Positions 21,204 through 31,102 of a stretch of 64,000 nucleotides of DNA are shown here, piece by piece (positions within the stretch are counted from its first letter, which is position 1; each line of letters starts with the position of its first letter). Source of the DNA: Pseudomonadota bacterium (GTDB lineage Bacteria; Pseudomonadota; Alphaproteobacteria; Rhodobacterales; Rhodobacteraceae); NCBI GenBank assembly GCA_039030635.1, contig JBCCDT010000004.1, positions 862-64,861 on the forward strand, in the 5' to 3' direction. Below the pieces are notes generated by a model, which ran no database searches, was not told where the DNA came from, and saw nothing but the letters and a program-made list of their open reading frames with translations. The translations under genes and the position numbers were made by a program.

Positions 21204-21400
21204 ATTGAGCAGGCCTCGTTTTCATGGCGCATAGAAAGCAATCATTCAGGTCAAAACCTAGGCCGGGCAGGGGGGTTTGCCAAACTTTTTTATGGGCAAA
21301 GCGCAATCAAATTATTGTCTGAGCTGCGCCCGACCTGTGCCACCCTTGCGCCACGCAACAAGGGGCGCGGGGTAAACCGGGCATCCGACCTAACCGATAG

Positions 21401-22369
<969 letters not shown>

Positions 22370-22387
22370 CCTGACGCTTTGACATTG

Positions 22388-22424
22388 ACCTGCCCGGCGT
22401 CGTCACGCGCCGGACAGGTTTTTT
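22388..22424 (+). terminator. Hairpin/terminator between tmoX and tmoW
   Basis: ACCTG-CCCGGCG..CGCCGG-ACAGGT followed by a T-run. Confidence 0.6.
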
Positions 22425-22488
22425 CGACAACCACTGCACGCGCGCCACGTAGTGGTTTCCTGGGGACCAAATCCGAAAGATCGCCCAT

Positions 22489-23517
22489 ATGACCAGCGAC
22501 GCGCCTGTCATTTCCTGCCGCAAGGCCTGGAAAATCTTTGGCCCCAATCCCGAACGTTATCTGCAATCCATGCCGGAGGGTCGCACCTTCGATGAGATCC
22601 GCGCGGATGGCTACATCGCGGGGGTCAAGGATGTCTCGGTCGATGTCAGCCGGGGTGAGATGCTGGTGATCATGGGCCTCTCGGGCTCTGGCAAATCCAC
22701 CCTCGTGCGCTGTTTTTCGCGCCTGCATGATATCACCGGCGGCACGATTGAGGTCGAAGGTCAGGATATCATGGCCTTGGCCGAGAAAGACCTCATTGAG
22801 CTGCGCCGCTCCAAAATGGGCATGGTGTTTCAGTCCTTTGGCCTGCTGCCGCACCGCACGGTGCTTGAAAATGTGGCTTTCCCGCTTGAGATGCGCGGCC
22901 AAGACAAACACGCCCGCCGCGCCCGCGCCCTCGAAGTGATTGAGCTTGTGGGCCTTGCGGGCCGTGAGGATTACTTCCCCCGCGAACTCTCCGGGGGTCA
23001 GCAACAGCGCGTGGGCATTGCCCGCTCCCTCGCCATTGAACCCGATATCTGGTTTCTCGATGAGCCGTTTTCAGCGCTTGATCCGCTGATCCGCCGCGAG
23101 ATGCAGGATGAGTTTCTGCGCCTGCAAGGGATGCTCGGCAAAACCATCGTATTCATCACCCATGATTTTGATGAGGCGCTGCGCCTCGCCGATCGGATCG
23201 CGATCATGAAGGATGGCGAGATTGAACAATGCGACACACCCGACCAAATCGTGCTCAACCCGATGACGCCCTACGTGAAGAAATTCACCGAAGAGATCGA
23301 AAAGGCCCGCGTCGTCCATGCCAGCGTGATGGCCAAGCCGCTCAATGGCGTGGCACCCGAAGGCGATGCCGTGGCGGGCGATCTGACGATCCACCAACTG
23401 GCCCGCCAATTGGTCAATGACAGCCGCGATCACCTGCCCGTCGCGGGCAAAGACGGCGCGCTGATCGGGATGCTGGAACGCAAACAGGCGCTCGACGTGT
23501 TGTTGGGGGAGGATTGA
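22489..23517 (+). CDS. tmoW: ABC ATPase (ProV-like) of the TMAO transporter
   Basis: GLSGSGKS, LSGGQQQR, FLDEPFSALD; directly follows tmoX. Confidence 0.82.
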   Translation: MTSDAPVISCRKAWKIFGPNPERYLQSMPEGRTFDEIRADGYIAGVKDVSVDVSRGEMLVIMGLSGSGKSTLVRCFSRLHDITGGTIEVEGQDIMALAEKDLIELRRSKMGMVFQSFGLLPHRTVLENVAFPLEMRGQDKHARRARALEVIELVGLAGREDYFPRELSGGQQQRVGIARSLAIEPDIWFLDEPFSALDPLIRREMQDEFLRLQGMLGKTIVFITHDFDEALRLADRIAIMKDGEIEQCDTPDQIVLNPMTPYVKKFTEEIEKARVVHASVMAKPLNGVAPEGDAVAGDLTIHQLARQLVNDSRDHLPVAGKDGALIGMLERKQALDVLLGED

Positions 23518-25505
23518 TGGCCGACCTCGCCGCCAGCACGCCCCTTGGCCGTGACCGCACGCCGCGCGATGCGGTGCTGTGGTCGCTTCTGGCCACGGCG
23601 CTTTTGCTCTGTGCGGCGAAACCACTGCTGCCCGATTTTCTGATCCGCCTGCCAGAGGCGTGGATCCCGCCTGCGGCCCAATGGCTGGATGCGTTTTTTG
23701 ACGTGGTCAAAGGCGACCGGGAAGAGGGGCGCTTTGGCCTCATCTACATAACCCGCTGGTTCGCGGAAGGGCCTTTGGAATTCATGCTGGGTGCCACCGC
23801 AAACCTGCTTGAGGGCAAGCACCGCTGGCCATTCGTGGGCCCGCTGCCCTGGTCCTGCGTCGCGGCGGTGGCGGCGATCCTGGGCTACTACCTGGGCGGT
23901 TGGAAACTGGCCGCGCTTGCCGGGGGCACGTTCATCTGGACCGCGCTCATCGGTCAGTGGGAATTGGCCATGCAGACCCTGTCGGTGCTGGCCGTCGCCG
24001 CGCCCATGGCCTTTGTGCTGGGGCTGGGCCTTGGCATCGCGGCGTGGAAATACGCGTGGTTTGATGCCGCCGTGAAACCCGTGCTCGCCATCCTGCAGAC
24101 CATTCCGTTCTTCACCTACCTGCTGCCCGCCGTGATCTTTTTCAAAGTGGGTCCAACGGCGGGCGCGATTGCCACAACGATCTACGCCATCCCGCCCATG
24201 GTCTTGATGACCACGCTGGGCCTGAAAAAAGTGGCGCCTGAGATCATCGAGGCAGGCGCCATGTCCGGTTGCACCCGCTGGCAAATGCTGACCCGGGTCT
24301 ACATCCCGTCCGCGCGCACAGAGATCCTCGTCGGTGTGAACCAGGTGATCATGCTCTGCCTCGCCATGGTCGTTCTGACCGCGTTCATCGGGATGCCGGG
24401 CCTGGGCGGCAAGCTGTTGTCCTCGATGGGCAGTTTCAAGCTTGGGCGGTCCTTTGAAATCGGCGTGACCATCGTTCTAGTTGCGGTGATGCTCGACCGG
24501 TTGTCGAAAGCTTGGGTGGTGAAGTTGCCAGAACATTTCGAAAAAGGAACGCCCTGGTACATTCAGCACAAATACCTGGTGTTGGCGCTGTTCGCCTTCG
24601 TGTTCTTTCTGGGTCTCGCGCAGGTCAATGAGTGGTTCCAAGAGATCGGCCGCCGCCAGTCTTTCAGCCAAGGGCGTGAGTTGGACAAAGCGATCAAGGC
24701 GGCACTGGCCGTGGGCTGGGTCAAAGCGGTGACCGAGCAAATCCGCTACGTGATGAATGTGTGGATCCTGATCCCCTTCCGCGATTTCCTGCTGTGGATC
24801 CCGACACCGGCGTTTATCCTCTTCATGGTGGCCTTTGCCTGGGCCATCGGTGGCAAGCGGCCTGCGATCTATGCGGGCGTGTTCTTTACCATCGTGGCCT
24901 TCAGCGGCTGGTGGGATCGCTCTGTCATCACGCTCTTTTCCGTGATCTCGGCGGTGATCCTGTCGATGTTCATCGGCATCCCGCTGGGCATTTTCGCCGC
25001 GCGCTCTGACAAATTGGCCGAACGGATGCTGCTGGTGTGCGACACCGCGCAGACCTTCCCCAGCTTCATCTACCTGCTGCCTGCCATCATGCTCTTTGGT
25101 GTCTCGCCCGTGACGGTCGTGCTGGCCATCGTGATCTTCACCACCGTGCCGCTCACGCGCTACACCATTGAGGGGCTGCGCAACGTGCCGCCCGAGATGA
25201 CCGAGGCCGCCGATATGTCCGGCGCGACCAAGCGGCAAAAGCTGCTCACCGTGCAATTGCCCTTGGCGCTGCCCACCATGGCCGTGGGGTTCAACCAAGC
25301 GATCATGTTTGCCTTCTTCATGGTGATCATCGCCGCCTTCATCGGCACGCAGGATCTGGGCCAGGAGTTGCAGCGCACATTGGCGGGGACGGATCTGGGC
25401 AAAAACTTCGTGCTTGGCATGAACGTGGCGCTGATGGCGTTGACCTTTGATCTGGCCATCATGAGCTGGGCCAACCACCGGAAGAAAGCACTGGGACTTG
25501 GATAA
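23517..25505 (+). CDS. tmoV: ABC permease with two fused ProW-like halves
   Basis: Two EAA motifs (EIIEAGAMSG, EMTEAADMSG); very hydrophobic; ATG overlaps the tmoW stop. Confidence 0.82.
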   Translation: MADLAASTPLGRDRTPRDAVLWSLLATALLLCAAKPLLPDFLIRLPEAWIPPAAQWLDAFFDVVKGDREEGRFGLIYITRWFAEGPLEFMLGATANLLEGKHRWPFVGPLPWSCVAAVAAILGYYLGGWKLAALAGGTFIWTALIGQWELAMQTLSVLAVAAPMAFVLGLGLGIAAWKYAWFDAAVKPVLAILQTIPFFTYLLPAVIFFKVGPTAGAIATTIYAIPPMVLMTTLGLKKVAPEIIEAGAMSGCTRWQMLTRVYIPSARTEILVGVNQVIMLCLAMVVLTAFIGMPGLGGKLLSSMGSFKLGRSFEIGVTIVLVAVMLDRLSKAWVVKLPEHFEKGTPWYIQHKYLVLALFAFVFFLGLAQVNEWFQEIGRRQSFSQGRELDKAIKAALAVGWVKAVTEQIRYVMNVWILIPFRDFLLWIPTPAFILFMVAFAWAIGGKRPAIYAGVFFTIVAFSGWWDRSVITLFSVISAVILSMFIGIPLGIFAARSDKLAERMLLVCDTAQTFPSFIYLLPAIMLFGVSPVTVVLAIVIFTTVPLTRYTIEGLRNVPPEMTEAADMSGATKRQKLLTVQLPLALPTMAVGFNQAIMFAFFMVIIAAFIGTQDLGQELQRTLAGTDLGKNFVLGMNVALMALTFDLAIMSWANHRKKALGLG

Positions 25506-25882
25506 TGGGAACACTGGCTGAGCATCGCACGGTTGCCACCTTCGACAAAGACGGGTTCGAAATCCTCGAAATGCCCGGCCTGCCGGGGGAGCAGGTCTGG
25601 TGGAAGAACGTCTCCTATGATGAGGCCACGGGCCAAGGCAGCTATCTGATGATCATGGCCCCCGGCACCCGTTGCAACCCGCATCGCCACAATGGGCCGG
25701 AGGAGTTCTACATCATTGAAGGCGATCTTGAGGATTGCGACGGGCACATGTATCGCGCCGGCGATTTCGTGTCGCTGTCGGGCGGGTCAGAGCATTTCTC
25801 GGTGAGCCACGCAGGCTGCCGCATCGTGGTGACGCATCGCGGCCCAATCGATGACCTCGAAAAGGTGGACAGCGTAATATGA
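25505..25882 (+). CDS. ChrR-like cupin protein
   Basis: HRHNGPEEFYIIEG and GDFVSLSGGSEH cupin motifs; overlaps both neighbours. Confidence 0.8.
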   Translation: MGTLAEHRTVATFDKDGFEILEMPGLPGEQVWWKNVSYDEATGQGSYLMIMAPGTRCNPHRHNGPEEFYIIEGDLEDCDGHMYRAGDFVSLSGGSEHFSVSHAGCRIVVTHRGPIDDLEKVDSVI

Positions 25883-28251
25883 ACGTGACCCCCGTCTTTG
25901 AAACCCCTTATGAGCGGGCGGGCATTATCACGCCCGGTCTGCCCATTCTGCCCCACGGGACAGAGCGCCATCCCGTCCCCGGCGGTGGCTCACGTGCGGT
26001 GCCGGTGTATCAGGGCGATGAAATTTCCATTCTCGACCGAGAAGGGCTGCAGCCCGGCGAATTGGTGTTCTTTGCCCCCGATGGCACGTCTGATGCAGGC
26101 AAGATCGGGGCCGTATCCCATGGCACGCCAGAAGGTTTGATGCAGGTCCTGTTGCAGGGCACCGCCTCTGGCAAACGGGTCGCTGCGGCCTTGGACAAAG
26201 CCGGGTTTGACTTGGGCAAAGCGCAGGCCGTGCGCATCTTCCCGCAAGGGTCACGCCCCGGGGACATGGCAACCTTCCATGTGGAATGCGACGGGATGAT
26301 CATCCTCGCCGCCCCCGGCGGCCCGATGACGCCTGACGCGCAAAACCCACCTTCTGAGTTGATCCTTTACATCCGCCGCGCGAACCCCGGTCAGGCCAAG
26401 GGCGGGCACCAACCGACTGATCCGCTGGCTGACCCGCTGGTGGATATCAACATCCAACCGGGGGAGGCGCATAGTTATGAGGTCAAGAAGGGCCAGTTCA
26501 TTCAGGTCCTCGACGTGCAAGGCCGCGAATGTTCGGATTTTCAGGCCTTCGCCCTGCGCGATCTCGACAAAGGTTTAGAGCGCGAAATTGACCCCACCAC
26601 CACGCGCACCCTGATGGGAAGCCTCTATCCCAAGCCCGGCATCTTCTCAAAGTACTGGACGGTGGATCAGCAGCCCTTGGTTGAGATCGTGCAAGACACC
26701 TGCGGGCGGCACGACACGTTCGGCCTGGCCTGCACCGCGCGGTATTATGAGGATATGGGCTATCCCGGCCATGTGAATTGCTCTGACAACATGAACGCCG
26801 ATCTCGCGCAGTACGGCATTCGCCCGCGCGGTGGCTGGCCTGCGATCAACTTTTTCTTCAACACCACGCTCGATGACACCCATGCGCTGGGCATGGATGA
26901 CCCGTGGTCGCGCCCGGGCGACTATGTGCTGATGCGCGCGCTCACCGATCTGATCTGCGTCTCTAGCGCGTGCCCGTGCGACATTGATCAGGCGAACGGG
27001 TGGAACCCCACCGACATTCAGGTGCGCACCTATGGGGAAACCGAGAAATTCAGCCGCTCCGTCGGCTACAGGAAGTCCGCGGAGGCCGAATTGGAACCCA
27101 CGAAAGAAACCGCATTCTATGAATGCTTTGCCAAGCACACCCGCGATTTCGTCGAATATAATGGCTACTGGCTGCCCAACAGCTTTCACAATTACGGGCC
27201 CACGGCGGAGTACTGGGCCTGTCGCGAAAAGGCCGCGATCATGGATCTGTCGCCCTTGCGCAAATATGAGGTGACTGGCCCGGATGCCGAACAGCTCATG
27301 CAGCATTGCGTGACCCGCAACGTCAAGAAACTGGCGGTGGGCCAACTGACCTATACCGCGATCTGCTATGACCATGGCGGCATGATTGATGACGGGACGC
27401 TGTTCAAACTGGGGGAGACGAATTTCCGCTGGATCGGCGGCAATGACACCTCCGGCCTCTGGATCCGGGAACAGGCTGAAAAGCTGGGGCTGAATGCCTG
27501 GGTGCGCAGTTCCACCGACCAGCTGCACAATGTGGCGGTGCAGGGGCCCAAAAGCCGCGACATCCTCAAGGATATCATCTGGACCGCGCCCAATCAGCCC
27601 ACGGTCGAAGAGCTGGGCATGTTCCGCTTCGCCCCGGCGCGGCTGGGCGATTTTGACGGCACCGCGATCGTGATCGGGCGCGCGGGCTATTCGGGCGAGC
27701 TGGGCTATGAGGTATTCTGCCATCCCAAAGACGCCGTTGAGGTGTTTGAAACGATCTGGGCCGCGGGGGAGCCGCACGGCATGGCGCCTTTGGGCCTCGC
27801 CGCGCTGGATTTGATCCGCATCGAGGCCGGGCTGATCTTTGCCGGCTCGGAATTCGATGATCAGACCGATCCGTTCGAGGCGGGCATCGGCTTTACCGTG
27901 CCGCTCAAATCCAAGAATGATGATTTCATCGGTCGCGCCGCGCTGGAAGAGCGTAAGGCCCATCCGCAACGCAAGATGGTGGGCCTTGATATCGAAAGTG
28001 GGTTGGTGCCCTCTCCGGGGGATTGTCTGCGCATCGGCAAGGCGCAAGTGGGTGAGGTGACGAGCGCGATGAAATCGCCGATCCTGGGCAAAACCATCGC
28101 CCTGGCCCGTGTTGCTGTCACCCATTCTGAACCGGGGACTGAGATCGAAATTGGTCAGCTCGACGGCCAACAAAAACGGCTCAAGGCGCGGGTCGTGCCC
28201 TATCCCCATTTCGACCCCACCAAAGAGCGGGTCAAAGGCCATTACGACTGA
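25879..28251 (+). CDS. tdm: TMAO demethylase (DUF1989 + GcvT-type aminomethyltransferase domain)
   Basis: CSDF, GRHDTFGLAC, YPGHVNC, DPWSRPG and SSAC retain the Fe/Zn ligand pattern described for Tdm; C-terminal MDLSPLRK...GYSGELGYE GcvT domain; adjacent to tmoXWV. Confidence 0.8.
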   Translation: MNVTPVFETPYERAGIITPGLPILPHGTERHPVPGGGSRAVPVYQGDEISILDREGLQPGELVFFAPDGTSDAGKIGAVSHGTPEGLMQVLLQGTASGKRVAAALDKAGFDLGKAQAVRIFPQGSRPGDMATFHVECDGMIILAAPGGPMTPDAQNPPSELILYIRRANPGQAKGGHQPTDPLADPLVDINIQPGEAHSYEVKKGQFIQVLDVQGRECSDFQAFALRDLDKGLEREIDPTTTRTLMGSLYPKPGIFSKYWTVDQQPLVEIVQDTCGRHDTFGLACTARYYEDMGYPGHVNCSDNMNADLAQYGIRPRGGWPAINFFFNTTLDDTHALGMDDPWSRPGDYVLMRALTDLICVSSACPCDIDQANGWNPTDIQVRTYGETEKFSRSVGYRKSAEAELEPTKETAFYECFAKHTRDFVEYNGYWLPNSFHNYGPTAEYWACREKAAIMDLSPLRKYEVTGPDAEQLMQHCVTRNVKKLAVGQLTYTAICYDHGGMIDDGTLFKLGETNFRWIGGNDTSGLWIREQAEKLGLNAWVRSSTDQLHNVAVQGPKSRDILKDIIWTAPNQPTVEELGMFRFAPARLGDFDGTAIVIGRAGYSGELGYEVFCHPKDAVEVFETIWAAGEPHGMAPLGLAALDLIRIEAGLIFAGSEFDDQTDPFEAGIGFTVPLKSKNDDFIGRAALEERKAHPQRKMVGLDIESGLVPSPGDCLRIGKAQVGEVTSAMKSPILGKTIALARVAVTHSEPGTEIEIGQLDGQQKRLKARVVPYPHFDPTKERVKGHYD

Positions 28252-28774
28252 CCCCCTGACCCTGCGCGCAGCCCGCCCGGAGGAGGCCCCGGCGCTCGCT
28301 CGGCTGCATGTAGATGTCTGGCGCGCGACCTACCGCGCAATTGCCACGCCAGAGGCCATGGATACACTCGATGAGGCCCGCCGCCGCCCGTATTGGGAGG
28401 GCGCCATCGCGTCTGAGACCGCACGCGTGATCATTGCCGAGGTCGCGGGCGGCCTCAAGGGCGTGATCAGCATCGCCCCCTCAGAGCATCCCGCCTTTGG
28501 CGCAATGATGGAGATCAAGCATCTCTATGTGGCGCAAGACGCGCAAGGTCAGGGCATCGGCGCGCGCCTGCTGCAAGCGGCATTTGACTATTGCAGACCT
28601 CACGCCGTGGCCTTGGCCGTCGTTCGGCAAAACGACAGCGCGCGACGGTTCTATGCCCGGATGGGCGGCGTCGAAACGGCTGGGTTTGTGGACCCAGGGC
28701 CTTTATGGCGATCGGACAACGTGGTGGTGGTCTTTGACACGCTGGCGCTGGATACGCGATCATTGCCACACTGA
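28244..28774 (+). CDS. GNAT N-acetyltransferase, start codon uncertain (in-frame ACG)
   Basis: LRAARPEE..., IKHLYVAQDAQGQGIGARLL (acetyl-CoA motif A), NDSARRFY; no ATG or GTG at the domain start. Confidence 0.75.
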   Translation, partial: TTDPLTLRAARPEEAPALARLHVDVWRATYRAIATPEAMDTLDEARRRPYWEGAIASETARVIIAEVAGGLKGVISIAPSEHPAFGAMMEIKHLYVAQDAQGQGIGARLLQAAFDYCRPHAVALAVVRQNDSARRFYARMGGVETAGFVDPGPLWRSDNVVVVFDTLALDTRSLPH

Positions 28775-28897
28775 ACTGCTGGAAAATTGATCATGGCGGT
28801 GCTGCGGCGCAGAAAAATGCGCAGTTGCGGGGGCGCGCCATTGCATCTGGGCGGGATCGGCACATCTGTGCGGCAACCGACCTCAGAGGCGCATCTC

Positions 28898-29566
28898 ATG
28901 ACCATGCATTCCGTGCCCACGCTTTTGTCCGAGCACCCCGATTGGACCTATATCCTGCGCGACAGCTACGATGTCTATCGCCGGATGCCCGCCGGTGGCA
29001 GCCCGAAAATCCGCAGTCACCAACGCACGGTGCGCGAACGGATCAGCCGCGTGTTGAAATCAAACCCGCAGGTGGTGATGCCCCAGCCGCAAACCAAACC
29101 TGTCGTGGCCCATCTCAGGCGCGCGCTGAACAATGGTCGGCAGGAACGGCATGCGGCCTTCATTCACTCGATTGAGGCGGTCTGCGATCGCCTTGTCTGG
29201 CAATATGGCTATGAGAAAATCCCCCGCGGCCTGGAAAAGAAATACGCCTATGCTGAGCTTGCGGGGCCCAATGGTCCGGTTCTGACCGATGAGGTGATCT
29301 TGGGCCTCGTGCTCTTTGCGCCGGGCTGCACCTATCCCGCCCATGCCCATGAGGGCATCTCGGAAAGCTATTTTTGCCTGTCAGGGGCTGTGTCTGAGAA
29401 CGATCAAGGCGTGTACGCGCCGGGCTCTCTCATTTTCAACCCGCCGGAGCAACTGCACCGCATCACCGTGGCCGATACGAACCCCGCGCTTTTGTTTTAC
29501 GCCTGGGAGGGCAGCCAAGAGAAGCTTGCCAATCAGAAAATGGTGTTCAAACGGAAGACGAAGTGA
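28898..29566 (+). CDS. dddL: DMSP lyase DddL
   Basis: PDWTYIL, GGSPKIRSHQR, WQYGYEK, YAYAELAGP, LFAPGCTYPAHAHEGISESY, GSLIFNPPEQLHRIT; matches DddL family motifs as recalled; ATG 28898 after GAGG. Confidence 0.88.
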   Translation: MTMHSVPTLLSEHPDWTYILRDSYDVYRRMPAGGSPKIRSHQRTVRERISRVLKSNPQVVMPQPQTKPVVAHLRRALNNGRQERHAAFIHSIEAVCDRLVWQYGYEKIPRGLEKKYAYAELAGPNGPVLTDEVILGLVLFAPGCTYPAHAHEGISESYFCLSGAVSENDQGVYAPGSLIFNPPEQLHRITVADTNPALLFYAWEGSQEKLANQKMVFKRKTK

Positions 29567-29574
29567 CCCAAAGA

Positions 29575-29664
29575 GCGCCCATTTTATTGCAAAGAAAATG
29601 CAGAATTTTTTAAAAATTCTGACGCCAACGTTGGCGGGCATTTTTTTGAAAAAAATGCGGGCGC
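29575..29664. repeat. Multi-hairpin palindromic element between convergent dddL and SDR
   Basis: Closing GCGCCC/GGGCGC around four hairpins (29580-29600, 29601-29621, 29623-29636, 29638-29658). Confidence 0.75.
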
Positions 29665-29699
29665 TTCCGATCACGTCTTGCGCCTGTGGCACACCCGGA

Positions 29700-30389
29700 T
29701 CAGCGCTCTGCGGGTTGGGTTTGGCGCAGGTCGATCGCGCCGGGCACTGTGGCCGCGCTGAGGCTCAACACATAGCGGATCGTGCCCGTTACATCCGACA
29801 TGTGCACGGGGATCTGAGGGGCAAAATCGCCGGTCTCGATATCCTCCAGCACCTCTGGCGTGTCGACATTGTCCGGGTTGATCACCGTCGTGGCGATGCC
29901 CTGAGGCCGCAGCGCCAGATTGAGCGCCTCCGCCGCGCCCATCAGCCCGAATTTTGACGCCGTGTTCGCCACCTCCACCGTGGCGGAATTGGGCAAACCG
30001 CTGGTGGAGCCGATCAAAATGATCCGCGCATTGTCGGCTTGTGCCAGGTTGGGCGTCAGGCCCTGGGCCAGCAAAATTGGCGCTGTCAGGTTCACCGCGA
30101 TCACGTTTCGGATTTCCTCTGTAGGGCTCTTGAGGAAATCATAGCCGCCGACAAAAGCCCCTTGCTCCCAAATACCGCCCAGAAACAAAAGACCGTCGAG
30201 ACGCGTGTTGCCCATCGCGTCCAGCACGCTTTGCACACCTTCCATCGTGCCAATATCGGCTTTGATCCACGTCCCCACATCCGACCGCGTGCGCGACACC
30301 GACAGGATCTCATGGCCCGCACCGTCCAGATCCTCGGCCGTGGCGCGTCCGATGCCACGGCTCCCGCCAATGATCAGGTACCGCGCCAT
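29700..30389 (-). CDS. Short-chain dehydrogenase/reductase, atypical (NxxxK)
   Basis: IIGGSRGIG Rossmann motif; VANTASKFG in place of YxxxK. Confidence 0.85.
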   Translation of the reverse strand: MARYLIIGGSRGIGRATAEDLDGAGHEILSVSRTRSDVGTWIKADIGTMEGVQSVLDAMGNTRLDGLLFLGGIWEQGAFVGGYDFLKSPTEEIRNVIAVNLTAPILLAQGLTPNLAQADNARIILIGSTSGLPNSATVEVANTASKFGLMGAAEALNLALRPQGIATTVINPDNVDTPEVLEDIETGDFAPQIPVHMSDVTGTIRYVLSLSAATVPGAIDLRQTQPAER

Positions 30390-31102
30390 CAGCCCCGGCC
30401 GATATAGGGCATCTTGGTCGCCATCACGGTCATGAACTGGACATTGGCCTCGGGCGGCAGCTCTGCCATGTGCAGCACCGATCGCGCCGCGTCCTGCACA
30501 TCCATTGTCGGCAGACCGGGATAGTTGGCCTTGATCCCCGCGACCAGCTCGGTCTCGGCATTGCCAATGTCGATCTGTCCGCAGGCAATGTCACAGGCGC
30601 GCCCATCCAAGGACAGCGTTTTCGTCAGGCCCGTGATGGCGTGTTTGGTCGTCGTGTAACACACGGAGTTCTCGCGCGGCGTATAGGCAGAGATCGAGCC
30701 ATTGTTGATGATCCGCCCGCCCTGGGGCGATTGCGCACGCATCTGGGCAAAGGCCAGCCGTGCCGCGATGAACATGCCGCGCAAATTGACGGCAACCACC
30801 TGGTCAAAGGCCTCAACCGACACCTCATCAATCGGAGCAGCAGGGCCAAACATGCCCGCATTGTTGAACAGCGCGTCAAGACGCCCGGTCTGCGCGACGA
30901 AGGTCTCAAACAGCGCCTCCATCCCGGTGGCATCGGTCACATCCCCCGGCAAGGCCATGGCGTTTTCATGCTGTGCGGCCATCTTGTTGAGGATCTCCGC
31001 GCGCCGCGCCACCAAACCCACGCGCCAACCTGCGGCCAGAAATTGCTCTGCCGCCGCGCGGCCAATACCCGAGCTCGCGCCGGTGATCAGGATGGTTTTC
31101 AT
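30389..31102 (-). CDS. Short-chain dehydrogenase/reductase
   Basis: ITGASSGIG, FNNAG, YTTTK. Confidence 0.92.
   Translation of the reverse strand: MKTILITGASSGIGRAAAEQFLAAGWRVGLVARRAEILNKMAAQHENAMALPGDVTDATGMEALFETFVAQTGRLDALFNNAGMFGPAAPIDEVSVEAFDQVVAVNLRGMFIAARLAFAQMRAQSPQGGRIINNGSISAYTPRENSVCYTTTKHAITGLTKTLSLDGRACDIACGQIDIGNAETELVAGIKANYPGLPTMDVQDAARSVLHMAELPPEANVQFMTVMATKMPYIGRG

Noticed and set aside
26647-28242. 531-aa minus-strand ORF
   Set aside because: Lies entirely antisense to tdm; no recognisable domain.
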